From the IMG/VR virus record IMGVR_UViG_3300029190_000103: a DNA stretch of 64,000 bases. One strand, 5' to 3'. Positions 8,591-17,509 of the stretch are shown one piece after another. The DNA is from a virus. Below the pieces are notes generated by a model. The model was not told the DNA's origin. It saw only the letters and a program-made list of their open reading frames with translations, and did no database searches. Within the stretch, counting starts at the first letter, position 1. Every line of letters starts with the position of its first letter. The position numbers and the translations under genes are program-made.

Positions 8591-9765
8591 CTAAAGTCCA
8601 ATCCCCAGCGAACACTATCAATTTGCGTTACATTTAACATGAACAGACACAAACAGTTAGCTCCACTACCTCTTGAATACCCTAATGGTATCTTTCTTCT
8701 TCTGCATTCTTCTGAAATCATATTCAGCATGATAAGGTAATCAACAAAGTCAAGTTCCTCCAGTACAGGGATTTCCATTTCAATTCTTTCTCTACGAATT
8801 TGCTGTTCTTCCTCATTCATCCAACCAAACTTTTCATAGAATGTCTTATAACATAAATACCTTAAATATTCTGTACTATTCTTATATTCGCTAGGAACCT
8901 TGATATGTGGCATTTGCGGTTCATTATCTAACCCAACATCTACTTGTTCGCACATATCTACTATCTCTTGTGTAGCTTGCATACCTTGTTTTATAGCACC
9001 AATAGGTAACTGGTTACTCAATATATCCAATACATCTTTTTCATTCTGCATGAAGCAATCAGTGTATTGCTCTGATAATTCTCTATCCATGCTTACTTCA
9101 ACGAACATTGCATGAGAGTCTACATCATCTTTTGCTATCATATGCGCATCAGTTGTAATAACGTATGGGTAATCATATTCAACAGCAAAGTCATATATCA
9201 ATTTATTAGCTTCTAACTGACTTTGAGTACTATGAGATTGAATTTCACAATACACTTTGTCAAATGTATCGTCTAAATCATCCATATACTCCTCAGCTTC
9301 TTCTTCCATACCATTTACTAGGTATTTGCTCAAACGCCCAGCCTGACATGCTGTTAAACAGATTATTCCTCGCCCCCAATCGTTATTCCTAATACGGTTA
9401 ATATCAATTCTTGGTTTTATATATTGACCTTCTGTATTGGCATATGACACGATATCATACAGGTTATGTAAACCAATATTGTTTCTTGCAATTAATAATA
9501 AGTGATATCTTGTTTCTTTATATTCCTTTGTATTGTTCTTAAATGTATCGTCATCAACTTCGTAAATTTCACAAGCAGCTAAACATTTAATACCTTTTTC
9601 TCTTGCTAATCTTTGACTTAAAATAGTAGCTGACATATTTCCATGATCAGAAATGCATACAGCAGACTGACCGTTCTCTACAGCGTATTCTACTATTTGT
9701 TCGACTGTAGCAATAGAATCTAACAATGAATAGCAACTATGCACATGCAAGTTAGAAAATGCCAT
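8410..9765 (-). CDS. dnaE: DNA polymerase III alpha subunit, N-terminal PHP-domain segment (exon 1; true exon end near 8565)
   Basis: LHVHSCYSLLDS PHP motif, GRGSGA...RFANIGRK region. The last roughly 55 codons of the ORF are intron read-through. Confidence 0.7.
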   Translation of the reverse strand: MAFSNLHVHSCYSLLDSIATVEQIVEYAVENGQSAVCISDHGNMSATILSQRLAREKGIKCLAACEIYEVDDDTFKNNTKEYKETRYHLLLIARNNIGLHNLYDIVSYANTEGQYIKPRIDINRIRNNDWGRGIICLTACQAGRLSKYLVNGMEEEAEEYMDDLDDTFDKVYCEIQSHSTQSQLEANKLIYDFAVEYDYPYVITTDAHMIAKDDVDSHAMFVEVSMDRELSEQYTDCFMQNEKDVLDILSNQLPIGAIKQGMQATQEIVDMCEQVDVGLDNEPQMPHIKVPSEYKNSTEYLRYLCYKTFYEKFGWMNEEEQQIRRERIEMEIPVLEELDFVDYLIMLNMISEECRRRKIPLGYSRGSGANCLCLFMLNVTQIDSVRWGLDFSRFANIGRKGTLADKSLSGVVEILRIIKVMNPITKGCYINDIANRGTLARYGEGNPVPSV

Positions 9766-10230
9766 TTACTTCCTCACAAAATTAAGTTTATAGCCTGAAA
9801 AACCAAAATAATGATTATCCAAAACAAACGATACTATTTTAAATCCAAATAATTTATTATTGATTATTTTTGATTTTAACATATGGTATAAATCTTCGCT
9901 TATTTCAATCGAGTATGCTTCTTTTGTAATTCCCCATAGCTCACACAATTCATGGAAATTTTTTGTAAACATTTCTATTCCTTCTAAAAAATAATTTTCT
10001 GTAAAGCATGTACATACACGCTCACTCTCACCTTGTATCTCAGCAAACAGTCTATCAATCTCAAAACCATTTACTACTTTTACAATTTCTTTGATATTAT
10101 CACCCATACCGCATTTATGTTCAAATAATGGATACTCACAACAATGATAATCTTTATATTTATTACATATATCTTTTCTTACCTTCAGAAATTCTTCATC
10201 AATCAATGTTATTTCCTTTCCGTTCATCAA
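9766..10230 (-). CDS. hypothetical protein (154 aa)
   Basis: ORF. Confidence 0.4.
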   Translation of the reverse strand: MMNGKEITLIDEEFLKVRKDICNKYKDYHCCEYPLFEHKCGMGDNIKEIVKVVNGFEIDRLFAEIQGESERVCTCFTENYFLEGIEMFTKNFHELCELWGITKEAYSIEISEDLYHMLKSKIINNKLFGFKIVSFVLDNHYFGFSGYKLNFVRK

Positions 10231-10342
10231 ATTCCTTATTCAGTTGGTGTATATGTTGGATAGCATCTTTATACAATGCATATCCAACAAAACTAAATAT
10301 AAACACCAAACCTATACTAAGGACTGTTAAAAATCCTTCCAT
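10199..10342 (-). CDS. small hydrophobic protein (47 aa, one predicted TM)
   Basis: ATG-started ORF MEGFLTVLSIGLVFIFSFVGYALY...; below the ORF-track threshold; overlaps the start of 9766-10230. Confidence 0.3.
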   Translation of the reverse strand: MEGFLTVLSIGLVFIFSFVGYALYKDAIQHIHQLNKEFDERKGNNID

Positions 10343-10353
10343 GTTTCACCTCG

Positions 10354-11058
10354 CTACTTCTTTGTCTTTTTCTTTACTTTAGACTTAACCTCTTTTGGTT
10401 TTACTTTACGTAAACCTAATTTATCAATAGCCACTTCTGACCAATTTTCAAAGTTAGTTCCTTTATCGATCAAGTCATTAAGTTCTTCCACTGTCACCCA
10501 TTGACCTTCAAGTTTATCAACTTCATTGATTTCTATTTCACTGCATCCATTATATAGTTCAACCTCTGTTAAGATACAGATATGAACTCTTGATACGTCT
10601 GATGAGTCATCAATGAATACGTCTGATAACTTGATATTCAATTCTCCATTTAGTCCGTCATATGTGGTTTCTTCACGTAATTCACGTTTGATACAATTAA
10701 TAACTGTATTGCGGAAGTCAACGATATCATTTACACCTCTACCACGCTCATAATCGGCATGATCTACATGTCCTCCGACACCAATTGAGTGTTGACCTAC
10801 CAGTCTTGAATCGCCTTTCAAACGCTTTGTAATGAGGTATTTACCGTCATTCTTTAACACAACATATGGAATGACTTGTCTTAAACTTGTATCAAGTTCA
10901 GCTTTGTATCTGTATTCGTAATATCCTCTTTTAGTAACAGCGTTCTCTAACGCTTTCATGGGGCTTTCTCCAACTCTCAACCATGATTCATAATAATCGT
11001 TTTCTACGACCAGTACCTTTTCATTTCCGTATTTCTGTTTTAATTCTTGTTCAGTCAT
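10354..11058 (-). CDS. Nudix-like hydrolase
   Basis: GVGGHVDHADYERG...IKRELREETTY resembles a Nudix box (REx2EE) with an atypical insertion. Confidence 0.4.
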   Translation of the reverse strand: MTEQELKQKYGNEKVLVVENDYYESWLRVGESPMKALENAVTKRGYYEYRYKAELDTSLRQVIPYVVLKNDGKYLITKRLKGDSRLVGQHSIGVGGHVDHADYERGRGVNDIVDFRNTVINCIKRELREETTYDGLNGELNIKLSDVFIDDSSDVSRVHICILTEVELYNGCSEIEINEVDKLEGQWVTVEELNDLIDKGTNFENWSEVAIDKLGLRKVKPKEVKSKVKKKTKK

Positions 11059-11067
11059 GTTCCTCCT

Positions 11068-12045
11068 CTATATTTTGACCGTATTTTCTTTAGGCAACGG
11101 TATATCCTTTCTCAAATAAAACTGTGCATCATCACATCTTAAATCCCCATAATATCCAAACGGACACCAGCTACAGATGGGGGTTGATTTACTCTCATAG
11201 CTAAGGTTCTCAGGTTGATACATTCGTCTAAATGCCTCAATCAACTCATTATTGATATCCTCAATCGTTCGTTGTTTATCTTTAAGCTGACCTTTTTTAG
11301 CACCAGTCTTGAAGTAAGTTTTATTGGCTACACCATCATTCAGTGCCAATGGTACAACATCCTGCAACTTATCAAAACGTGTGAAGTAATAAGCGCATCT
11401 TGTTGGCAATACTCCAAACTTTTCATAAATGACAAGTGAATATATAGGTAACTGTAAGTTATGTTTAAGTTTTGCTGGTTTAAACAATGACTTACCTGTT
11501 TTATGGTCTATTACGATATATTCACCTGTTTTCTTATCTCTAAGTACCAAGTCAATAAATCCATTCAGGTAGACCTCGTTATATTCCTCATCTGCGAACA
11601 ATACAGTGAATGGAAGATCTACTTTCAATCTGAACTCCATTTCCTGTGCTACAACGTCGCATTTATCTAGTAATTCTGCTAGTTCTCCGTCGCAAGTGAT
11701 AAATCCTTTCATCATCTGTTTGTGCGTTTCTAGCAGTTCACTTTCTGTTTCTTTATCAAAGTACATTTCACGTTTACTTAGATTTTCTTCAACTAAGTCC
11801 TGTACTTCACCTATTGTCCATTGATATCCTTCTGATAATTTCTTACAATACTCTTCAATGCTTGCATGTATCTGTGTCCCAAATTGTGTAGCATCTGAAT
11901 CACTATATTCCCCAAGTCCTAACAAGTATTGATATTTCCATCGACGTGGGCAATCTAAGAAAGTTGACAGCTGTGAATATGACACTGCCAATACTTTCTT
12001 AGTTACTCCATTTATGTCGAACTCTTTGAAGATTTTAGTTTTCAT
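11068..12045 (-). CDS. PD-(D/E)XK nuclease, Cas4/RecB-like exonuclease with a C-terminal Cys cluster
   Basis: YSQLSTFLDCPRRWKYQY N-terminal motif, DLVLRD...VIDHKTGKS catalytic core, C-terminal CSWCPFGYYGDLRC. Confidence 0.65.
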   Translation of the reverse strand: MKTKIFKEFDINGVTKKVLAVSYSQLSTFLDCPRRWKYQYLLGLGEYSDSDATQFGTQIHASIEEYCKKLSEGYQWTIGEVQDLVEENLSKREMYFDKETESELLETHKQMMKGFITCDGELAELLDKCDVVAQEMEFRLKVDLPFTVLFADEEYNEVYLNGFIDLVLRDKKTGEYIVIDHKTGKSLFKPAKLKHNLQLPIYSLVIYEKFGVLPTRCAYYFTRFDKLQDVVPLALNDGVANKTYFKTGAKKGQLKDKQRTIEDINNELIEAFRRMYQPENLSYESKSTPICSWCPFGYYGDLRCDDAQFYLRKDIPLPKENTVKI

Positions 12046-12247
12046 TTAGAACCTTTCCATGGATTAAGAATTTTGGAACTGAAACTACTTCTGTTCTGAA
12101 TGTTCCCCATGCTGTAATACCTCTAACCTTAATCAGGCATAATAACTTACCCATTGTTATAATTTGTCCTTTCCATATACCGCTTTCAAAGTCAAGGTTA
12201 ATCATTCTAAAGTAAACCATATCTCCACATTTTATATTATCAGACAC
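12035..12247 (-). CDS. hypothetical protein (70 aa)
   Basis: ORF. Confidence 0.35.
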   Translation of the reverse strand: MSDNIKCGDMVYFRMINLDFESGIWKGQIITMGKLLCLIKVRGITAWGTFRTEVVSVPKFLIHGKVLNEN

Positions 12248-12557
12248 CGAAGTCCTCCAATGTTGTTTGCCCTTCTACTGGTTCATTCTTGGATTTTTCA
12301 ATTACTGGCTCGTAATCCTCATAAAATGCATAGTCGCTCATAACAACCCAAAATATTTCCTTAGATAATTCATTCGCAACTCCGACTACATAATCAGTAT
12401 CTCTAATTCGATATGCACGATCATTGCGGAATACATAATATTCTCCATTAAGCTCAATAACATCTTCACTTTCGATTAAATCTTTTAACCACTGAGGTTC
12501 CTCTCCTTCATGGTACTGATATGCTTCTACATATTCTGGTTTTCTTTTGTACTTCAC
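12240..12557 (-). CDS. Gp49-like phage protein (paralog of 392-697)
   Basis: KPEYVEAYQYHEGEEP N-terminus parallels KPVEVEAFQYDGD in 392-697. Confidence 0.4.
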   Translation of the reverse strand: MKYKRKPEYVEAYQYHEGEEPQWLKDLIESEDVIELNGEYYVFRNDRAYRIRDTDYVVGVANELSKEIFWVVMSDYAFYEDYEPVIEKSKNEPVEGQTTLEDFGV

Positions 12558-12582
12558 TTGCTGTCCTTTCCTTTACTACACC

Positions 12583-13455
12583 TTATTTCTTATCTGTTAC
12601 AACTGTTCCAGCACCATTAACAGTAACCCAACCATGTTTTAAACGTGCTTCTGCTTCTTTCATCTTGATCAATTCTGGTGTGATTGACTGTGATTTTAAT
12701 TTATTAGCTTCTGCTTCTCCTTTAGCCTTTTCAATTGCTACAGCAGCTTCACCTTCAGCTTTAACTTTATTAGTTTCAGCTTGTTTCTGTGCTGTTACAA
12801 GGTCTAATTCAGCCTTTTCAGCATCCTGTTTAGCTTGTTCTTTAGCTTTAACTTTCTTCATCAATTCATCATCTAACTGAACATCAATAATGTTAACTGA
12901 TGATACTTTGATACCATATTCATCTAACAGCTTTTCAGTTAAGTATTTAGAAATACTTTCTCCAACCAAGCTACGTTTCTCGCTATAGATATCCATAACA
13001 GAGAACTGTGGTGTAACATCTTTGATGTATGAAATAATCTGGTTCTGGACACGATTTTCAACGATATCTTCGCCATCCATTCCACCGAAATTCTCATATA
13101 GTTTTACGACCTTATCAGCCTCAAAGTTATAATTAATACTTACATTAAGTTTTACCATACCACCGTCTGCTGGTGCATCTACATGCCAGTCTTGGTGTTC
13201 ATCTTTATTGTAATCAGCTGGATTATTACTCAATACCAACTGCTGTTGTTTTACTGGGAACTGTTTTACTTTCAACAATGGATTAATGAAGTGATAACCT
13301 GTTGTTAACACATCTTCCTGAACTCCATCACTCATTGAATATACGACACCAACATTCCCTACATCTACTTTCTCGAATGAAGCAACTCCATATATTGCTC
13401 CTACTACTGCTCCAGCGATTACAACTCCAGCTAAAATACTACCTGTTTTATTCAT
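12583..13455 (-). CDS. SPFH/band-7 (HflK/C, prohibitin-like) membrane protein
   Basis: N-terminal TM helix, SPFH core, C-terminal Ala/Lys/Glu-rich coiled coil. Confidence 0.7.
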   Translation of the reverse strand: MNKTGSILAGVVIAGAVVGAIYGVASFEKVDVGNVGVVYSMSDGVQEDVLTTGYHFINPLLKVKQFPVKQQQLVLSNNPADYNKDEHQDWHVDAPADGGMVKLNVSINYNFEADKVVKLYENFGGMDGEDIVENRVQNQIISYIKDVTPQFSVMDIYSEKRSLVGESISKYLTEKLLDEYGIKVSSVNIIDVQLDDELMKKVKAKEQAKQDAEKAELDLVTAQKQAETNKVKAEGEAAVAIEKAKGEAEANKLKSQSITPELIKMKEAEARLKHGWVTVNGAGTVVTDKK

Positions 13456-13603
13456 TTAAATTACCTTTCCTTTCTTGCTCCTTTTGAGCTTCATATTTAT
13501 CATTTGATTTTTTAATTTGAATAATTACTTGGTTGAATACTAATGCAACAAATGAGAAAACTAGCAATAGTCCAACAAAAATTCCTAAACCTATCAACCA
13601 CAT
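13448..13603 (-). CDS. small membrane protein (51 aa)
   Basis: ORF MWLIGLGIFVGLLLVFSFVALVF...; start overlaps the stop of 13603-13932 (TAATG) and stop overlaps the SPFH start. Confidence 0.35.
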   Translation of the reverse strand: MWLIGLGIFVGLLLVFSFVALVFNQVIIQIKKSNDKYEAQKEQERKGNLNE

Positions 13604-13932
13604 TATTTATCTTCTGACTCCATATTTGGTTTCTTAATTTCTTGTATCTTATTTTTAATTTGCTTTGAGAAAATAATGCACATAACCAATGCTAAAATCA
13701 GTGTGAATGGCACAAATACCTTCCATAGTAAGACGAATAAACATATGAAGATTGTTGTTAAGAATGATAAAAATGGAACACCAATTACAACCACAAATAA
13801 CATTATTTTCATATCTCCCATGTCGAAATCTTCAAATTTTTCATCTTCCTCAAAATCGTGTCTAATACCCCATGCAGTCAATAGCTCACTTAATATAGTT
13901 ACTACAATAAATACTACTAGAAACATCTTCAT
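13603..13932 (-). CDS. membrane protein (109 aa, about 3 TM)
   Basis: Hydrophobic segments throughout. Confidence 0.45.
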   Translation of the reverse strand: MKMFLVVFIVVTILSELLTAWGIRHDFEEDEKFEDFDMGDMKIMLFVVVIGVPFLSFLTTIFICLFVLLWKVFVPFTLILALVMCIIFSKQIKNKIQEIKKPNMESEDK

Positions 13933-13933
13933 G

Positions 13934-14215
13934 TTACTGTATCTCCTTCTTCAACCATTCTGTGATATCCTTAAATACGTCACTTGGTTTCTTCTTGAAT
14001 ATAAAGTAATAACATCCAAGAACTAACAACGTTATCGGTACACTTAGAAAAGCTAAACCACTAAATACGATTCCACCAAACAATGTCATCAAGAGTATAA
14101 GGAATACATCAAAACCATCAGTACGTTCAGTGTGATATTTTCTAAATAGAACCATTTCATAAATCAACGATATTAATGTGACTATATCTGCAACAATTAC
14201 CATAAACATATCCAT
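13934..14215 (-). CDS. membrane protein (93 aa, about 3 TM)
   Basis: Hydrophobic segments throughout. Confidence 0.45.
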   Translation of the reverse strand: MDMFMVIVADIVTLISLIYEMVLFRKYHTERTDGFDVFLILLMTLFGGIVFSGLAFLSVPITLLVLGCYYFIFKKKPSDVFKDITEWLKKEIQ

Positions 14216-14218
14216 AGT

Positions 14219-14488
14219 TTACCACCCATATTTAATTGATAAAGTTTTAGCTTTTATCCACATGAGTAAAAGCACTGATATTTCAACGCCTGTTCCTTCA
14301 TTCATATATTTATTATCAATCTTTAAAACTTCTTTATCGTAAGATTGTAATATATGCTTTCCAGATTTTTTATACAATAAATCAATAACATGAGTATAAT
14401 TTTGTGGTTCTTGTTTTTCGTATGTTACCCCATATTCATCTTCTTTTACTAGAATATATCCTTTTCTTTTCATTAATGCATTGATCAT
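14219..14488 (-). CDS. hypothetical protein (89 aa)
   Basis: ORF. Confidence 0.4.
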   Translation of the reverse strand: MINALMKRKGYILVKEDEYGVTYEKQEPQNYTHVIDLLYKKSGKHILQSYDKEVLKIDNKYMNEGTGVEISVLLLMWIKAKTLSIKYGW

Positions 14489-15162
14489 ACTTCTCTCCTA
14501 TATTTTCCTAAGTATTTTTTAACTGTTTCTGTATTCCTACCTAAAAAGGATGCTACATCTCTATAGTTGTCAAAACGATGTTCTCTCATATATTGTTTTT
14601 CTGCATCTGTATAAATAGGAATCCCACCGACATTATTTTGAAGGCCATTTTTATACGCATGTAAAGTATTTTCGCTTCGCGTAACCCATTCTAAATTTGA
14701 AGCATCATTATTTGCTTTGTTGCCGTCTATGTGATTAACGAAATCTTTTCCTGTTTCTCGTTCGCAGAATATTGAAGCTATAATTCTATGGAAACCTTTA
14801 GTTTTTCCATTGAAGGTTCCATATATATAGCCATCACGATTTATGTGTCCTACCTTTTTAACCCCATGTAAATTAAAAATCATACCATTAGAAAATGCTA
14901 TATAGTTGTCTTCAAATACAATTCCATCGTTTATATCTAATCCATATTCTTTGACTCTTGATAATAATCTATCTGCTCTATAGTTAAACACTGATTCTTT
15001 GGCTTCTTCAACAGTATCATAAGTTCCAAAAAATATAGAATCACCTCGGTTTGAACAAAATGCTTCGTATCTTCCTTTTTTAGTCCTTCTATATCCTTTT
15101 GCTGAAAGGTTACGGATAGCTTCCTTCCATCCGACTACTTCTGTATCTTCAAATTTAATCAT
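14485..15162 (-). CDS. free-standing HNH homing endonuclease (AP2-like N-terminal domain)
   Basis: VNHIDGNKANNDASNLEWVTRSEN HNH motif; N-terminal YEAF...GTYDTVEEA AP2-like segment. Confidence 0.7.
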   Translation of the reverse strand: MIKFEDTEVVGWKEAIRNLSAKGYRRTKKGRYEAFCSNRGDSIFFGTYDTVEEAKESVFNYRADRLLSRVKEYGLDINDGIVFEDNYIAFSNGMIFNLHGVKKVGHINRDGYIYGTFNGKTKGFHRIIASIFCERETGKDFVNHIDGNKANNDASNLEWVTRSENTLHAYKNGLQNNVGGIPIYTDAEKQYMREHRFDNYRDVASFLGRNTETVKKYLGKYRREV

Positions 15163-15406
15163 TACTATCTCCTACCTCATGTAAAACTTCTTCTGCGTTA
15201 TCTTTCATATATTCTGCTAATTTCATATATCCATTAGTGTTTGTATCTTCATCAAAACCTCTATAGCTCACCCTTGCTGGATATACATTTAATGTGTTAC
15301 CAACACGTTCAAAAATTATAGCCCAGCCAAATGCATGTAATATCATATTTACGAACCACAGCAATCCACTTTCCTGAAATTCATTCCATGTTTTACGTCT
15401 AATCAT
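15155..15406 (-). CDS. hypothetical protein (83 aa)
   Basis: ORF. Confidence 0.35.
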   Translation of the reverse strand: MIRRKTWNEFQESGLLWFVNMILHAFGWAIIFERVGNTLNVYPARVSYRGFDEDTNTNGYMKLAEYMKDNAEEVLHEVGDSND

Positions 15407-16275
15407 TAATCACGTTCCTCTAATACTACATATTCACCAAGTGACAATTTTACATTTAATCCAGTTTTTGTATTTGTAAAAATACCTTTATCATCTATAC
15501 ATTTTAAAAATTCATTTTTTGAGATATAATTATTTGAATATGGATATATCATATCACATACAGTTCTTACATACTCGCCAGCTTTTGCTTCACGATTTAC
15601 TTCTATGTATAATATAGATCCTTCAAGAACATATCCTTCTTCTAGCAATACACGACAATCTTTACCATTTGATAAGTTTCTCCCTTCAAACCATGAAAGT
15701 TCGTAAGTATAATCAGTAGATTCTACAAGTATAATATCTCCAAGTTTATATTTGTTTTCTGTATCTAATAGATTGTTAACAAAGAACAAATCTCCTTTTT
15801 TTACTTGGTTGCCTATTTTAGTGTATGAATATGAAAAATCATCATGATATCCAAAAGTTCTCGCTAATTCAACAACAGATTCTTCTCCATTTTCAACATT
15901 AAACCCATTATCTTCGAGAATTTTTCTGATATTTTTATATCTATAACCTTGTTTCTTTAATAAGCACATCATTAAGCCTTTTTCAATATCAAACTTTTCT
16001 CCATGACATTTTGATACGAATTTATCACCGTTATCATCCCAATAAACTGTCACATTGTCATTTACCAATAACTTATTAGATGCCATTTTCTTGAAATGTT
16101 TTGGGTCTATATAATATATTTTCCCTGCTTTTTCACCTTTACATCTTATTACCTCAGCTTTAAATGAAGAATCACTTTCAATTGACACGATCCTTCCTAC
16201 AAATTTATTTTCTAAATTAGTAATTAGGTGGTAATCATCTATTGCCTTTACAATATCTCCAACTTTAAATTTCAT
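15406..16275 (-). CDS. hypothetical protein (289 aa)
   Basis: ORF; N-terminal MKFKVGDIV motif also begins the small ORF at 27002-27169. Confidence 0.4.
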   Translation of the reverse strand: MKFKVGDIVKAIDDYHLITNLENKFVGRIVSIESDSSFKAEVIRCKGEKAGKIYYIDPKHFKKMASNKLLVNDNVTVYWDDNGDKFVSKCHGEKFDIEKGLMMCLLKKQGYRYKNIRKILEDNGFNVENGEESVVELARTFGYHDDFSYSYTKIGNQVKKGDLFFVNNLLDTENKYKLGDIILVESTDYTYELSWFEGRNLSNGKDCRVLLEEGYVLEGSILYIEVNREAKAGEYVRTVCDMIYPYSNNYISKNEFLKCIDDKGIFTNTKTGLNVKLSLGEYVVLEERD

Positions 16276-16289
16276 TAAATTCCTTTCCG

Positions 16290-17285
16290 TTAAATTTCTT
16301 CTAAATCATCTACTAAGTCAAACATTGCTTCATCATCTAAATCTGCAATGCTATCCTTTTCAACATCTGAATACCTTTCCATTGGAAGCTTTATAACTTC
16401 CACAAATTTATAACATTTGTTATAAACCTTTTGATTTAATATCTTGCCAGCATCGTCATTATCTCCACATACAACTATCTTCACGCCAAGTTTAAGTAGT
16501 AATGTTACCTGTTCTTCCGATACGCTACTTCCCATGCATGCTACAGCATTTTTGTATCCCCATTCATGCAATTTCATTACTGACTTAAACCCTTCAACTA
16601 AGATTACAAATCCATACTTTATAACCTCATTCTTTGCTCGTGAATAATTGAATAATGTCAATGTTTTCTTGGTATCACCAATAATACGATATCTTGGTTC
16701 ACTTCCATCTATTGACCGACCTGAAACGCTTAATATCTGCCCATCTGGACTATCAATTGGGAATGTTATCCTGTCTTTTACTGCACCATCAATTCCAAAC
16801 CCTATATTGAAATAACTAAGTGTTTCGTCTTTGAACCCTTGTTCCAATATGTAAGGATGATGATAGTCAATGATATCGTTCAATATAATTCCTGATACTG
16901 GTTCAATATCTTTATGCTTCTTCTTTTTTTTACTTTTAATAAGTGTGTCTAGCAATTTCATTCTATTCCTAGCTTCTATTTTTTCTTGTGTTATATCAAT
17001 CGCACTATCTTCAAGTTTAACTTTGTTTTTCAACCATTTGACCGCATCACTGTAGTTTAATGATAATTGTTTTTTCACAACGTCAACGATTGTGTACGAT
17101 CTATGACATTCACTGAAACAGTAGAACTTTAAATTCTTATATTTAAGATTGTTCTTGACTCCTCCATGAAACATGCAAGGCATTGACAGCCATTCGTTCT
17201 CTCTAACAAAGTCAATCTCTAAATCATCAAGAATATCCTCAATTACTTCGTCACACTTTTCAATCAATACCTTTGAATCAATCAC
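16290..17285 (-). CDS. DNA primase (DnaG-like: zinc-binding domain plus TOPRIM)
   Basis: N-terminal C/H zinc motif (CMFHGG...CFSECH); TOPRIM region ILVEGFKSVMKLHEWGY...VVCGDNDDAG. Confidence 0.7.
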   Translation of the reverse strand: MIDSKVLIEKCDEVIEDILDDLEIDFVRENEWLSMPCMFHGGVKNNLKYKNLKFYCFSECHRSYTIVDVVKKQLSLNYSDAVKWLKNKVKLEDSAIDITQEKIEARNRMKLLDTLIKSKKKKKHKDIEPVSGIILNDIIDYHHPYILEQGFKDETLSYFNIGFGIDGAVKDRITFPIDSPDGQILSVSGRSIDGSEPRYRIIGDTKKTLTLFNYSRAKNEVIKYGFVILVEGFKSVMKLHEWGYKNAVACMGSSVSEEQVTLLLKLGVKIVVCGDNDDAGKILNQKVYNKCYKFVEVIKLPMERYSDVEKDSIADLDDEAMFDLVDDLEEI

Positions 17286-17290
17286 ATAAG

Positions 17291-17509
17291 TTAGTTCACA
17301 TCCTCATCATCTATTTCTACAACTTCATATCTATGCTTTACAAGTTTGTTATTCTGTAAGCACCGATATATCGTTGTCTTAGATACATCTAAAAACTTAC
17401 ATAGCCCTGACAATCTAAATATGCCCAACACTATATCTTTGTCTTGTGTGTCATATACAGCATAATATTTAGACGTCATCCTCATCTTCCTCGTAAGACT
17501 CATCTTCAA
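17291..17509 (-). CDS. small putative HTH DNA-binding protein
   Basis: LCKFLDVSKTTIYRCLQNN helix-turn-helix-like segment. Confidence 0.35.
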   Translation of the reverse strand: MKMSLTRKMRMTSKYYAVYDTQDKDIVLGIFRLSGLCKFLDVSKTTIYRCLQNNKLVKHRYEVVEIDDEDVN

